A stretch of DNA of 64,000 nucleotides from Patescibacteria group bacterium (lineage in GTDB: Bacteria > Patescibacteriota > Dojkabacteria > GCA-002793355): positions 856,040-920,039 of the forward strand of contig BOKM01000001.1 of the NCBI GenBank assembly GCA_016860985.1. Reading direction: 5' to 3'. The first letter of the stretch is position 1. The number at the start of each line of letters is the position of its first letter. Shown here piece after piece: positions 49,761 to 59,605 of the stretch. A program made the position numbers and the translations under genes. The notes under the pieces were generated by a model. The model worked only from the letters and a program-made list of their open reading frames with translations, did no database searches and was not told the DNA's origin.

Positions 49761-51620
49761 ATGCCACTGCCCTATACTGGTGTTGATATGCGCTTGCTCT
49801 CTGCTCTTGTTGAGCGTGGTCTTATAAAGTCCGAAGTTTCTGAGCAGATAAAGCTTGAATGCGCCCAACAAAACAAATCTGAAATTCAGCTGATTCTTGA
49901 AAAAAAGCTCGTTTCAGAGCGCGATTTATTCAAAACAAAGGCTGCAGTTTATAACGTTCAGTTCATTGATGACGTCTCTGCAATTCAGCCTCCGGCTGAG
50001 CTCATGGTCGGGATTAATATTGACGCCCTTCGAGAGCAACAGTCTTTTCCATTCGAAATGACGGATACTCGCGTCAAAATTCTTATGTCTGATCCGTTCA
50101 ATATTAACGCGATTCAATTCTGGAAGGTTAAATATTTGCCAAGGCAAATTGAGGTTTACACTGCAACTCCATCTGAGGTCGCCTCATATATCGGAACTCG
50201 ATTTGGAAGCATGATCGGCGGTGATGTTCAGGCTGCAGTTTCAAGTTATCAACAAGAGGCAGGTATCAAAGAAACCGTTATTTCTACAGATGACGTCGGA
50301 GATGTTTCACAGAATCTGCAAGGCGCACCTGTTGCCAAAATCGTAAACTCAGTATTGGTATTTGCAGCACAGGCAGGAGCTTCCGATATTCACATTGAAC
50401 CTCAAGAAAAAAGTGTTCGTATTCGATACCGTGTAGATGGTGTATTAACAGAGAAATTAACCCTTCCGAGGGAACTTCTCTCTCCTGTAATTGCAAGAAT
50501 CAAAATCATGTCCAATATGAAAATAGACGAAACTCGATTACCTCAAGATGACCGTCTGTTCATTGCAGTTGGTGATAGAAAATTTGACTTACGTGTTTCT
50601 ACTCTTCCATCTGTGCAAGGAGAAAAGATCGTCATGCGTTTGTTGGAACGAACCTCAGGTATTCCGCCATTGGAAGAATCTGGGTTAAGAGGGTCTGGAT
50701 ACAAACGATATATGGAGAGTATTAGTCTTACAAACGGAATCGTATTGGTTACAGGTCCAACCGGTAGCGGTAAAACAAGAACTTTGGCGAGTACGGTTTC
50801 TCGACTTAATGATCCAAAAGTAAATATTATCTCAATTGAAGATCCAGTCGAAATTAGAATTCCAGGTGTTACTCAAGTACAGGTTAACCACGATATCGGA
50901 CTTGATTTCGCAACTGTACTTCGAGCAGTCTTACGTCAAGACCCCAATATTGTATACCTAGGTGAAGTTCGTGACGAAGAAACCGCACGATTGGCAATCA
51001 GAGCTGCGCTTACCGGTCACTTGGTACTCTCAACTTTGCACACTAATGGTGCTGTTGCCTCTCTGGTACGTTTGATTGACATGGGGATTGAACCTTTCTT
51101 GGTAGCATCTACTGTTAAATGTGTTGTAGCTCAGCGTTTGGTAAGAACTATCTGTCCACATTGCCGTGTTGCCGAAATGGCGAGCCCAGAAATGATTGCA
51201 GAAATCAATCATATACTCGGGGGCATTCAAAACTTTGACGTAGTTCGTTATGTAGAATCAATTGCAAAGCGTGCAGCTGTTACCCCTGATGATCCGGCTT
51301 TCAAGTTTTCTCCTCCTGTTAAGTCACCAGAAATGTCCCCCGAAGGGAGAAAAACAATATATCTTTACAAAGGGGAAGGTTGTTCAAAGTGTGGAGGAAC
51401 TGGATATAAAGGTCGTATGGCAATATTTGAAGTCGCAACGGTGACCGATAAGGTCGCTTCTGGAATTGCACGAAACGCAGAGTTTGATTCGTTAGAAAAA
51501 CTTGCAGAAGAAGAAGGCATGATTACCATGGTACAAGATGGATACTTAAAAGCAATTGAGGGTATCACTACAATTGAAGAAGTAGCCCGTGTGGCCAAGA
51601 GTGATAGTGAAATAACGTAA
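49761..51620 (+). CDS. pilB: type IV pilus assembly ATPase PilB
   Basis: N-terminal GspE_N domains, Walker A VTGPTGSGKTRTLAS, C-terminal Cys4 (CPHC…CSKCGGTGYKGR). Confidence 0.85.
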   Translation: MPLPYTGVDMRLLSALVERGLIKSEVSEQIKLECAQQNKSEIQLILEKKLVSERDLFKTKAAVYNVQFIDDVSAIQPPAELMVGINIDALREQQSFPFEMTDTRVKILMSDPFNINAIQFWKVKYLPRQIEVYTATPSEVASYIGTRFGSMIGGDVQAAVSSYQQEAGIKETVISTDDVGDVSQNLQGAPVAKIVNSVLVFAAQAGASDIHIEPQEKSVRIRYRVDGVLTEKLTLPRELLSPVIARIKIMSNMKIDETRLPQDDRLFIAVGDRKFDLRVSTLPSVQGEKIVMRLLERTSGIPPLEESGLRGSGYKRYMESISLTNGIVLVTGPTGSGKTRTLASTVSRLNDPKVNIISIEDPVEIRIPGVTQVQVNHDIGLDFATVLRAVLRQDPNIVYLGEVRDEETARLAIRAALTGHLVLSTLHTNGAVASLVRLIDMGIEPFLVASTVKCVVAQRLVRTICPHCRVAEMASPEMIAEINHILGGIQNFDVVRYVESIAKRAAVTPDDPAFKFSPPVKSPEMSPEGRKTIYLYKGEGCSKCGGTGYKGRMAIFEVATVTDKVASGIARNAEFDSLEKLAEEEGMITMVQDGYLKAIEGITTIEEVARVAKSDSEIT

Positions 51621-51631
51621 TTACGAAAGAA

Positions 51632-53245
51632 ATGGACTTAAACACAGGAATTCCAATACAAAACCCAAGCACACAATTGCCGCCAGTACCACAGCAAAGT
51701 CCTACTCTTCCAAGTTTTGTTGATCCTGTGACGTCAACGGCTGCACCACTACCTTCCATGCCCCCAGTATCAGGAACTCCTGCTGATCTTCCACCTCTAG
51801 AAGATGTTGAACATTCTCAAGCGTTTGTAGATACACTGTCTGCGTTAAAAGATTTGTCTGCAAAAACGGCAGAAATACCCTTAGACTCAACGCCGGCTGT
51901 TACGGGTGATAGCCCAATAAATGAGTCTGTGAACTCTGTTGAACAGCCACCACAAGATATTCAAGAGAGTACCCCGGTTGTTCCATCTACACCAGTGGTA
52001 GAGATTAAAACACAAACTGAACCTGACATATCAACATTAACTCCACCTGTTTCTACACCTGTGCTTGAAACAGAGCTCCCTGCTCCACCTACTCAAGAGC
52101 AAATTCCTGTTACTGCTTCACCACAATTACCCGATGCTGTTATGGCACCGTTTGCTCCAGTCGGTAATATTCCAATGTCTGGCGCCTACGAAACAAAGAA
52201 ATTACTTGATATTGTTGTGCAAAAGGATGCTTCCGATTTACACCTCGTGGTAGGTTATCCTCCTATGATTCGTGTAGATGGAGATTTAGTCACGGTTGGA
52301 AGCACAATTCTCGACCCCAAAATGGCAAAGGAACTTGTCTATTCTGTTTTGCCAGATGATAAAAAAGAGCAACTTGAAGTTAACCGCGAGGTAGATCTTG
52401 CTTACCAACACGAAGGTGCTGGGCGATTTCGTATTAATGCGTATTGGCAGCGCGGGTATATTTCAGGCGCATTTCGTTTGATTCCTACAAGAATACGTAC
52501 AATTGACGAGTTAAAACTTCCACCGCTATTTCATAAATTCGCAGATATGGAACAAGGGCTTGTATTAGTGACTGGTCCAACTGGGCATGGTAAATCAACA
52601 ACCCTCGCTTCTGTTATTCACGAAATAAACATGAAGCATCCAAAGCATATTTTGACAATTGAAGATCCGATTGAATACGTATTTCCTCAGCAAAAAGCTC
52701 TCGTTTCTCAGCGAGAATTGGGTGATGATACCCATTCCTGGAAAGGTGCACTTCGTTCTGCCCTTCGTGAAGACCCTGATGTAGTACTTGTCGGAGAAAT
52801 GCGTGACTTAGAAACTATTTCTGCTGCAATAACTGTCGCAGAAACAGGTCACTTGGTATTTGCTACCTTGCACACAAACAATGCAGCGCAAACAATTCAA
52901 CGTATTGTGAACATGTATCCTGATGTACAGCAAGAGGAGATTCGTTCTGAACTTGCAGATGTACTTGAGGCAGTGGTCGCGCAGCGTTTAATTCCAGTAA
53001 AAGGTGGAGGTCGTAGAGCTGCACTCGAAGTCATGCTTATGACACCTGCTATCAGAAACCTTATTCGCGAAAACAAAATATATCAAATCGACAACATTAT
53101 CCGCACAAGTATGGACGTAGGCATGATTACGCTTGAAAAATCACTTCTCACTTTCTTTAGAGAAGGGTTGATTTCGCAAGAAGATGCACTGCGTTACGCG
53201 CTCGATGCAACTGAAATGGCAAGATTACTTGAAGAACTAGTCTAA
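51632..53245 (+). CDS. pilT: type IV pilus retraction ATPase PilT/PilU family with ~180-aa Pro/Thr/Ser-rich N-terminal extension
   Basis: Core LLDIVVQKDASDLHL…VTGPTGHGKSTTLASVIHEIN…GEMRDLETI…AHLVFATLHT is PilT-like; preceded by low-complexity PxP-rich sequence in the same ORF, 12 nt after pilB stop. Confidence 0.8.
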   Translation: MDLNTGIPIQNPSTQLPPVPQQSPTLPSFVDPVTSTAAPLPSMPPVSGTPADLPPLEDVEHSQAFVDTLSALKDLSAKTAEIPLDSTPAVTGDSPINESVNSVEQPPQDIQESTPVVPSTPVVEIKTQTEPDISTLTPPVSTPVLETELPAPPTQEQIPVTASPQLPDAVMAPFAPVGNIPMSGAYETKKLLDIVVQKDASDLHLVVGYPPMIRVDGDLVTVGSTILDPKMAKELVYSVLPDDKKEQLEVNREVDLAYQHEGAGRFRINAYWQRGYISGAFRLIPTRIRTIDELKLPPLFHKFADMEQGLVLVTGPTGHGKSTTLASVIHEINMKHPKHILTIEDPIEYVFPQQKALVSQRELGDDTHSWKGALRSALREDPDVVLVGEMRDLETISAAITVAETGHLVFATLHTNNAAQTIQRIVNMYPDVQQEEIRSELADVLEAVVAQRLIPVKGGGRRAALEVMLMTPAIRNLIRENKIYQIDNIIRTSMDVGMITLEKSLLTFFREGLISQEDALRYALDATEMARLLEELV

Positions 53246-54468
53246 TGGAAGAAAAAAAATTGTATGAATATGTCGCAGTAGGAAAAGATGGGAATCGTAC
53301 AAAAGGTTCGATGACTGCGCTTAATAAAGAAGAGGTAGTTACACAACTTTTCCAGAAAGGACTATCGCCTGTTTCAGTCGATGAGGTATCAAAATTGTTT
53401 GCACTTGATAGATTAAAAGAGGTAAACATTGGTGGGGTTCCGCTCAAAGACAAGATGATCTTCTTGAAGCAGTTCTCTATCATGTTAAACGCTGGTTTGT
53501 CGATTACTCGGGCACTTGAGGTATTAAGTATGCAAACCACCAATCCTCGGTTTAAGGTGGTACTTAAAGAGGTATTGAAGTCCGTATCGGGTGGTGTACA
53601 GCTTTCAGATTCTTTTGCAAAATACCCAGATGTATTCGATTCAATTGCAATAAACCTAATCAAAGCTGGTGAACAAAGTGGAAACCTTGGTCTCATTCTC
53701 CGTAAGCTTTCGCGTGAATATGAACAGAAAAATGCGTTAAAAAGTAAAGTCACGTCAGCACTCGCATACCCTGCAGTTCTTACAGTGGTAATGATTGGTG
53801 TAGTTGTGTTTCTGCTTGCAATTGTAGTGCCGCAATTAGAAGATGCCTTTAAGTCCTTTGGGGCGGAACTTCCATGGATTACCAAAGCTGTTATTGGGTT
53901 AAGTAAGGTAATTACAAATTATTGGTATCTAGTGCTTCTTGTGCTTATTGGTGGTGCGGTTGGCATTAAGTATTTTGTTTCAACCCCAGAAGGTCGTCGA
54001 GTATGGGATAAAATACTCATTACGGTCCCAGTATTTGGTCCATTGTTTGTCAAAATACAGGTTGCAACCTTTAGCCGGGTACTATATTTGCTTATCAGCA
54101 GCGGTGTCCCAATTCTTCAGACCTTAGAACTTACTGAAGCGACTTTAAGTAATATTTGGTTTAAAGACGAAGTGATCTCAATGCGTGATCAGGTAAAACG
54201 AGGTGTTTCTATTGCCGTACCGCTGTTACAAAGTCCTTACTTCCCTTCCATTGTTGGGTATATGGTTAATGTTGGACAAGAAACGGGTCAGCTTGATACT
54301 GTGCTTCGCAAGGTTGCAAAATATTACGATTTGGAGATTAAGACGGCAACGTCGACACTTTCATCACTACTTGAGCCAATTCTTCTCGTGGTGATGGGTG
54401 GAGTTGTAGGTGTAATTGTTGCCGCTATTTACTACCCAATGTTCCAATTGACACAGTCAATAAAATAG
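53245..54468 (+). CDS. pilC: type IV pilus assembly platform protein PilC
   Basis: 407 aa; two T2SS-F repeats, 3-4 TM segments; start overlaps pilT stop. Confidence 0.8.
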   Translation: MEEKKLYEYVAVGKDGNRTKGSMTALNKEEVVTQLFQKGLSPVSVDEVSKLFALDRLKEVNIGGVPLKDKMIFLKQFSIMLNAGLSITRALEVLSMQTTNPRFKVVLKEVLKSVSGGVQLSDSFAKYPDVFDSIAINLIKAGEQSGNLGLILRKLSREYEQKNALKSKVTSALAYPAVLTVVMIGVVVFLLAIVVPQLEDAFKSFGAELPWITKAVIGLSKVITNYWYLVLLVLIGGAVGIKYFVSTPEGRRVWDKILITVPVFGPLFVKIQVATFSRVLYLLISSGVPILQTLELTEATLSNIWFKDEVISMRDQVKRGVSIAVPLLQSPYFPSIVGYMVNVGQETGQLDTVLRKVAKYYDLEIKTATSTLSSLLEPILLVVMGGVVGVIVAAIYYPMFQLTQSIK

Positions 54469-54512
54469 TCTATTCTGAAACGTATTAAGGTATTTAACAT
54501 TGCTCAATTTAT

Positions 54513-55088
54513 ATGAAACTTAAAGCATTTACCCTCGTGGAGCTTCTCGTCGTAATGGCGATTATCAGCTTCCTTTCTGTCGGTGCATTTGCCGGCTTAA
54601 GCTATGGACTCCGACAATCTCGTGATGTTCAAAAGAAAAAGCTTGTAGACCTAGCTCACACTGCACTTCAAGCATATTATGCAGATTATGCAGCATATCC
54701 AAAATGTAACGGTGCACCCTCTACTGTCACAGGGTTAACTGGTGGTTGGTATTACTGCCCAGGTGCTTTTCCAATTAGAGGTCAAGCAGGTTCAGGTTTC
54801 TTGATAACTTCTGGCGGTATTACAGGTTTAATGGACTATCTTGAAGGTGAATGGCCAACTTCAAACTCTAATGCTGATCCAGCTGCTGGTGATAAATATC
54901 TGAGATACTATATTAATACAGGCAGCGGTGGCGCAAGCGGAACCCCACTTAAATTCGCAGTTTGTATAACAGTCGAAAACAAGAACGGAAACTCAAACCT
55001 TACCCGAAAGGGCACAACGGTTAAAGACTGTTACTGTGCAGGTGCCGAGTATGCAGAGGTTTCCTGTGCTGGTATGGATGGTCGTTAG
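54513..55088 (+). CDS. type IV pilin (probable major pilin), prepilin-type N-terminal methylation domain
   Basis: MKLKA|FTLVELLVVMAIISFL, Glu+5, C-terminal Cys pair (CYCAGAEYAEVSC). Confidence 0.75.
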   Translation: MKLKAFTLVELLVVMAIISFLSVGAFAGLSYGLRQSRDVQKKKLVDLAHTALQAYYADYAAYPKCNGAPSTVTGLTGGWYYCPGAFPIRGQAGSGFLITSGGITGLMDYLEGEWPTSNSNADPAAGDKYLRYYINTGSGGASGTPLKFAVCITVENKNGNSNLTRKGTTVKDCYCAGAEYAEVSCAGMDGR

Positions 55089-55111
55089 GTCATTCGTTAG
55101 TTAACTCTGTT

Positions 55112-55873
55112 ATGTCACAAGATCAGATTATAATCCTTGCATTCGCTTTTTCTGGTCTTGTGCTTTCAGAGTATGTGCAGCTCATTTCTGATCGTGGTTC
55201 ATTTCTCGATTCCTTGTGGGGGCGTTCTCAGTGTGATTCATGTAAATCGACTATCCCTTGGTTCGGATTAATACCTCTTTTGGGACGTTTTTTACTTAAG
55301 GGTTCGTGTCCAACTTGCGGTAAGCATGTGAGTTGGAAATATTTTCAGTTTGAAGTGATTTTTGGTTTAGGGTGGATAGCTTCCTTGGCTTTCTTTTATA
55401 TCAATTCCATTACTTCCCCACTTATACTTGCTGTCTATCTTCTTCTCTATTGTACTTCGTGGTTACTCATGTACGAGGATGGAAAGCATTATTCTGTTCC
55501 AGTTTCTTGGCTTATTTCTTGGGGAATTACGTACGTGTTGGCGTGGTTCTTTACCTCGTCTACTCATCAGGTATACCCTCCAGATACACTTCTTATGGCG
55601 GCGACACTAGGATTGGCTTTAGTCAGTGTTGCATTAAGAAAACCAAAGGAAGAAAGAGGTATTTCACAGTTATTTGGTGCTGCTGACTTTATTGTGCTGT
55701 TTCTGTTTGTCTTGTTGTTAGGTTTTCAGTACACCACCGTTATTTTAGTGCTAACAATGATTAATGCTGTGCTTTACTTACTTATGAGAAAACAGCTAAA
55801 GGCAGGGCAAAGACTACCTTTGCTTACTGTAATGCTCCCTTGGGGATATGTGCTCCTTTTTCTATTGTTTTGA
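55112..55873 (+). CDS. pilD: prepilin peptidase (A24 family)
   Basis: N-terminal CDSCKSTIPW…CPTCGKHVSW tetracysteine zinc motif, polytopic membrane body; TGA stop. Confidence 0.75.
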   Translation: MSQDQIIILAFAFSGLVLSEYVQLISDRGSFLDSLWGRSQCDSCKSTIPWFGLIPLLGRFLLKGSCPTCGKHVSWKYFQFEVIFGLGWIASLAFFYINSITSPLILAVYLLLYCTSWLLMYEDGKHYSVPVSWLISWGITYVLAWFFTSSTHQVYPPDTLLMAATLGLALVSVALRKPKEERGISQLFGAADFIVLFLFVLLLGFQYTTVILVLTMINAVLYLLMRKQLKAGQRLPLLTVMLPWGYVLLFLLF

Positions 55874-55875
55874 TT

Positions 55876-56430
55876 CTAACGGATTGACACATTTATAAAT
55901 CGCGAGATGTTCTTTACGGCTGGTTCTTCTCCAAGTTTCGCAGTTGACTCCATTGTGTAGGTGAGATTCACATTCGCAACTTGTGCCTCATCAAAATCTG
56001 GTGTTTCACATGTGAAGGCTAAACTCGTAACTTTTACATCTGCATACGTTAGGACTGTTTCACAAACGGGGGTGGTCGCCTGTGCCATACAGAAACGGTA
56101 TTTGTCATCAGCTTCTTTTTGACCGTAAAAAATGAACGTGTCACTTGCCCCTTTTGGTTGCCACGTCACGCTTTTTATTGGATCATTTGGTGCCGAACAT
56201 TTTATTGATCGTGGGTCAGCATTCTTAATACGTAGCTTAAAGTATTCACCTACAAACTCACTTTCGTTTCTGACGGCTGTTCTTGCATCGATAAGGTATG
56301 AGCCGAGTAATAAGGTATTAAACGACTGCACTATCATCACAAAAATCAAAGAAATTAAAGTCATCGCGATGATCGTCTCAAGAAGAGTAAAGCCAGCGAT
56401 TTTCGTTTCTACATGCTTATTGTGGTCCAC
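55876..56430 (-). CDS. minor pilin (prepilin-type N-terminus)
   Basis: …KIAG|FTLLETIIAMTLISLIFV, Gly-1/Glu+5. Confidence 0.6.
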   Translation of the reverse strand: MDHNKHVETKIAGFTLLETIIAMTLISLIFVMIVQSFNTLLLGSYLIDARTAVRNESEFVGEYFKLRIKNADPRSIKCSAPNDPIKSVTWQPKGASDTFIFYGQKEADDKYRFCMAQATTPVCETVLTYADVKVTSLAFTCETPDFDEAQVANVNLTYTMESTAKLGEEPAVKNISRFINVSIR

Positions 56431-57046
56431 TTGTTCGGTACAATTGAAAGCTTAGCTTAAAGGGTTTAAAGGTCGTACTGTCGCACATACCTTCAATACA
56501 GGCAACAATTATTTCAATATTTGCATCATTTGGCGAGTCCTGCGCTTCTGTGAACTCCTTTTGGTCGTTGTCTTTTCGTACGATTATTCGGCCAAAAAGC
56601 TTTTTGTTAAAATTATCTTCAACCTCGTTGGCGGCGGTTAACGCACAGTCGTTGCCTGAAAGATAGCCGGTAGCTTCTTCAAAATGACAGGTATCGTAAG
56701 TAAGTCGCGTAAGTTTTGGTTTTACGTTTGGGTCGCTTACATCAAGATAACCCATTGGTTGTTGCGTTATTGGCGAATTATTTACGGCAGGAGGAATGGC
56801 GGCATTTTCTCCAAAACTGTTCTGCCAATCGGTGTCTTTTGTGTTGTAAACTACCTGTACAACCTCGGTCGCATAATTGCGCATCTTATCTTGAAGTTCT
56901 AGTGTTTTTGTTCGCTTTAAAGAATCAAACGTCATCTGCAAAAGTGACGAAAAAACAAAAGCTGCAACGGCAAGTGCGACAAGAACTTCGATTAAGGTCA
57001 TTGCTGTGATTGTGCGATTAGGTTGTGGTTGCATTGATTTCACCAT
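56417..57046 (-). CDS. minor pilin (prepilin-type N-terminus)
   Basis: …RTITA|MTLIEVLVALAVAAFVF, Ala-1/Glu+5. Confidence 0.6.
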   Translation of the reverse strand: MVKSMQPQPNRTITAMTLIEVLVALAVAAFVFSSLLQMTFDSLKRTKTLELQDKMRNYATEVVQVVYNTKDTDWQNSFGENAAIPPAVNNSPITQQPMGYLDVSDPNVKPKLTRLTYDTCHFEEATGYLSGNDCALTAANEVEDNFNKKLFGRIIVRKDNDQKEFTEAQDSPNDANIEIIVACIEGMCDSTTFKPFKLSFQLYRTSGPQ

Positions 57047-57704
57047 TGTTTTTAAGGTTAAGCTTTATACGGTACCTTTCTTTGTCCAAGTATTCAATCT
57101 GAACTTTGAGATCAAGGTTGGCACCAAGCGAAACGTCGATACCACTGGTATTTCTGCAATACGCGTGTAATTTTCCGTTAATGGATTCGTAAATAATTGT
57201 TAACGCAGTTGTGCAAGTGGTCGCTCCATTGGAAATGACAAAATTCATACCGAGTGGCAAAATCTGCGCTGTCGTATTGTCAATTTTTCTGAGAATAAGC
57301 TCATTAGAGCCATAGCCACCACAGGAGTTTGGATTACCATCCCACTCAAGCTCTAAGCAAGGGTCACCACTGGGGAAGGATTGATAAAAATAGTTGTTTG
57401 AAACTGGGTTGCTGAGTGCCTTTACTTGTAGCATTTGCCATTGCTTGGTGGTGTTACTGTACTCGAACCGAAAGCCAATTCCTTGGACCCACTCTCGTTC
57501 GCTTGAGTTACGAGTGATAAGCATTGATTTTCTTCGGAGGATTCGCGCATTTTGTACTGCTGTTTTAATGTATTGTTGTGCAATAAAGGTGTCTCGCGCT
57601 CTTTGAGTAAAACCTGAGGAAAGAAGAAGTATGACTCCAAATATGACAAGTACAACGAGTAACTCGAGTAATGTGTAGGCGTTAGTTCGCCTTGGTGCAG
57701 TCAT
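57018..57704 (-). CDS. minor pilin (prepilin-type N-terminus)
   Basis: …RTNA|YTLLELLVVLVIFGVILLL, Ala-1/Glu+5. Confidence 0.6.
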   Translation of the reverse strand: MTAPRRTNAYTLLELLVVLVIFGVILLLSSGFTQRARDTFIAQQYIKTAVQNARILRRKSMLITRNSSEREWVQGIGFRFEYSNTTKQWQMLQVKALSNPVSNNYFYQSFPSGDPCLELEWDGNPNSCGGYGSNELILRKIDNTTAQILPLGMNFVISNGATTCTTALTIIYESINGKLHAYCRNTSGIDVSLGANLDLKVQIEYLDKERYRIKLNLKNNGEINATTT

Positions 57705-57722
57705 GCCTCATGGTAGCATTTT

Positions 57723-59600
57723 TTACCAAGAACCGCCACCGCCACCGCCGCTTCCTCCTCCGCTGAACCCGCCGCCGCCACTAAACGAAGAACCACTTGA
57801 ACGAGGTGGTGTTGAAATTTTAGTCATAGAAGATGCAACGTTGTTTGCAAGTGATGCGTAGGTTCTTGGAAGTGCATGTGTAAGGGGAACATCGCTTGTC
57901 ATCCAGGTTGGAGAGTAGTTAAGTTGTTCAAGTACTGGACCAAAGGCAGAAGACCATTTCTTATCTAGTCCAAAAATAATGGCAAAAGGTAATAGTTCTT
58001 CAAAATGAGCAATCATTTTTTGTGGATCGTTAAAGAATTCTAGTCGTCTTAATTCTGCGGTCTTAATGTATTTTTTTAACCCGAGAAGTTCACGAGTTAT
58101 AACCTCTCCTTCTTTCGTACGTTTGAGCATACGAGCACCAAATATAAAAAACATTGCAGCACTTATGCCGAGCGCAAATGGGAGGATAAACGGAGTGACA
58201 CCTTCGGTAGTTCCCTCCCCTATCATTGCGAGTAGAATCACTGCGCCAGCAGCGCAAAAGCCCCCAAGAACGTAAAACTTTTTTTGCAGACCTTCGGACT
58301 GGTCTGTTGTATAAGGGAGCTGTTCAAATTCTTTGCCGGCATCTGAATTAATTCGTTGAATAGCGGTATCAACATTTTTAAGGGTATGAATTGCTGATTC
58401 AGCACTGTAATTTCTTGTGAGTACTTCTATCATTTCTTTTAGCGAAGAAGGTGCTTTGTCGAGATATTCCTCTAATTTCGGTCGTTGTGAGTCAGAGATT
58501 TTTAACGTGACTTTTCCTTTTGTAAAGTCGATAGTAAGAAGGTTTTGTTCCGCAATTTTAATGAGTTCGGCGAGTGTTGCCAGGGGCTTTTTATTCATCG
58601 ATAGCAACGAGCTATATGCACTCAAACTGCCATTTTTCAATTCGTCAGAAACAATGAATTGTGGTGGGATGGCAGATAAAGGAAGATCTTTTCCGTGTTT
58701 CTTCCATGTGAAATACCCATATATTCCGACAAATACAGGAATGAGTAGTGATACATATGGAAGTATTGCCAAAATTTTCTCAAGTAACTGTTCTGAAGCG
58801 CTAGGGGGAGAGAACGAATTGTCGGGGAATTTTAATGCTATCGTTAGCCCTTGCGCTAACGAAGAACTCGGCACCGTTGTGGAAAAATAGGTATCACTCG
58901 CTCTGGATGAAATTTGACACTGTGTTTCGGTTGATCCTGATACCCCTGTATAGCACCGACTTTCTGTTGGTTGATGTGGTGAAGTAATGCGCGCGGTCGC
59001 TGCAATTATAGGTATTTCCCATTGATCTCCTGTGATATTGAGGTATAACTCTTGGTAACCATCTTGGAACCTAACCGAATGCTTCATTTCATACGTAATA
59101 GTAAATTCGTATGCTCCTTGAATGAGTGTGTCAGCTTCACCAATCTTCAGTACAGTATAGTTACCTTTTGATTTACTTGAACTGTAAGCACTTGTGGTAG
59201 TTCCTTGTAAATCGCCAATCTGGCTAGGAAGTTTTTTGTAGTTGACCGAATCAATGGTTATTGGCTGTTTTAGTTTTTTGCCGCTATCAAGAATAACTTC
59301 ATTTGGAATCCATCGATAAATACCGTGTCTTTCGTTAGGAAAATATACAATAATTTTTTCTGTAATGGTTGCGGTGCCGTTTTGCGCAAGCTCTACTACT
59401 GAATCAAAATTAGTAATTATGCCGTCAGCGTATCTTTGTGGCGCACCGGTATCACTTACTGATTTTTTTACAGATTCTTGGGTATGTGTTTGCCCCGCGG
59501 TTGCAGCATCTACGGTTGGGAGTGCTGCGAAACTCGTACCAATAATAACAACCAAAAGCGTAATCGCAAAAAAGTAACGAGGTATCTTATCGAAACCCAT
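57723..59600 (-). CDS. DUF2207-family membrane protein with Gly/Ser-rich C-terminal tail
   Basis: 625 aa; signal peptide, large extracytoplasmic domain, 2-3 TM segments, C-terminus SSGSSFSGGGGFSGGGSGGGGGGSW. Confidence 0.6.
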   Translation of the reverse strand: MGFDKIPRYFFAITLLVVIIGTSFAALPTVDAATAGQTHTQESVKKSVSDTGAPQRYADGIITNFDSVVELAQNGTATITEKIIVYFPNERHGIYRWIPNEVILDSGKKLKQPITIDSVNYKKLPSQIGDLQGTTTSAYSSSKSKGNYTVLKIGEADTLIQGAYEFTITYEMKHSVRFQDGYQELYLNITGDQWEIPIIAATARITSPHQPTESRCYTGVSGSTETQCQISSRASDTYFSTTVPSSSLAQGLTIALKFPDNSFSPPSASEQLLEKILAILPYVSLLIPVFVGIYGYFTWKKHGKDLPLSAIPPQFIVSDELKNGSLSAYSSLLSMNKKPLATLAELIKIAEQNLLTIDFTKGKVTLKISDSQRPKLEEYLDKAPSSLKEMIEVLTRNYSAESAIHTLKNVDTAIQRINSDAGKEFEQLPYTTDQSEGLQKKFYVLGGFCAAGAVILLAMIGEGTTEGVTPFILPFALGISAAMFFIFGARMLKRTKEGEVITRELLGLKKYIKTAELRRLEFFNDPQKMIAHFEELLPFAIIFGLDKKWSSAFGPVLEQLNYSPTWMTSDVPLTHALPRTYASLANNVASSMTKISTPPRSSGSSFSGGGGFSGGGSGGGGGGSW

Positions 59601-59605
59601 TATTG

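Noticed and set aside
53157-53885. 242-aa minus-strand ORF spanning the pilT/pilC junction
   Set aside because: It is antisense to two motif-supported pilus genes and has a low-complexity translation.
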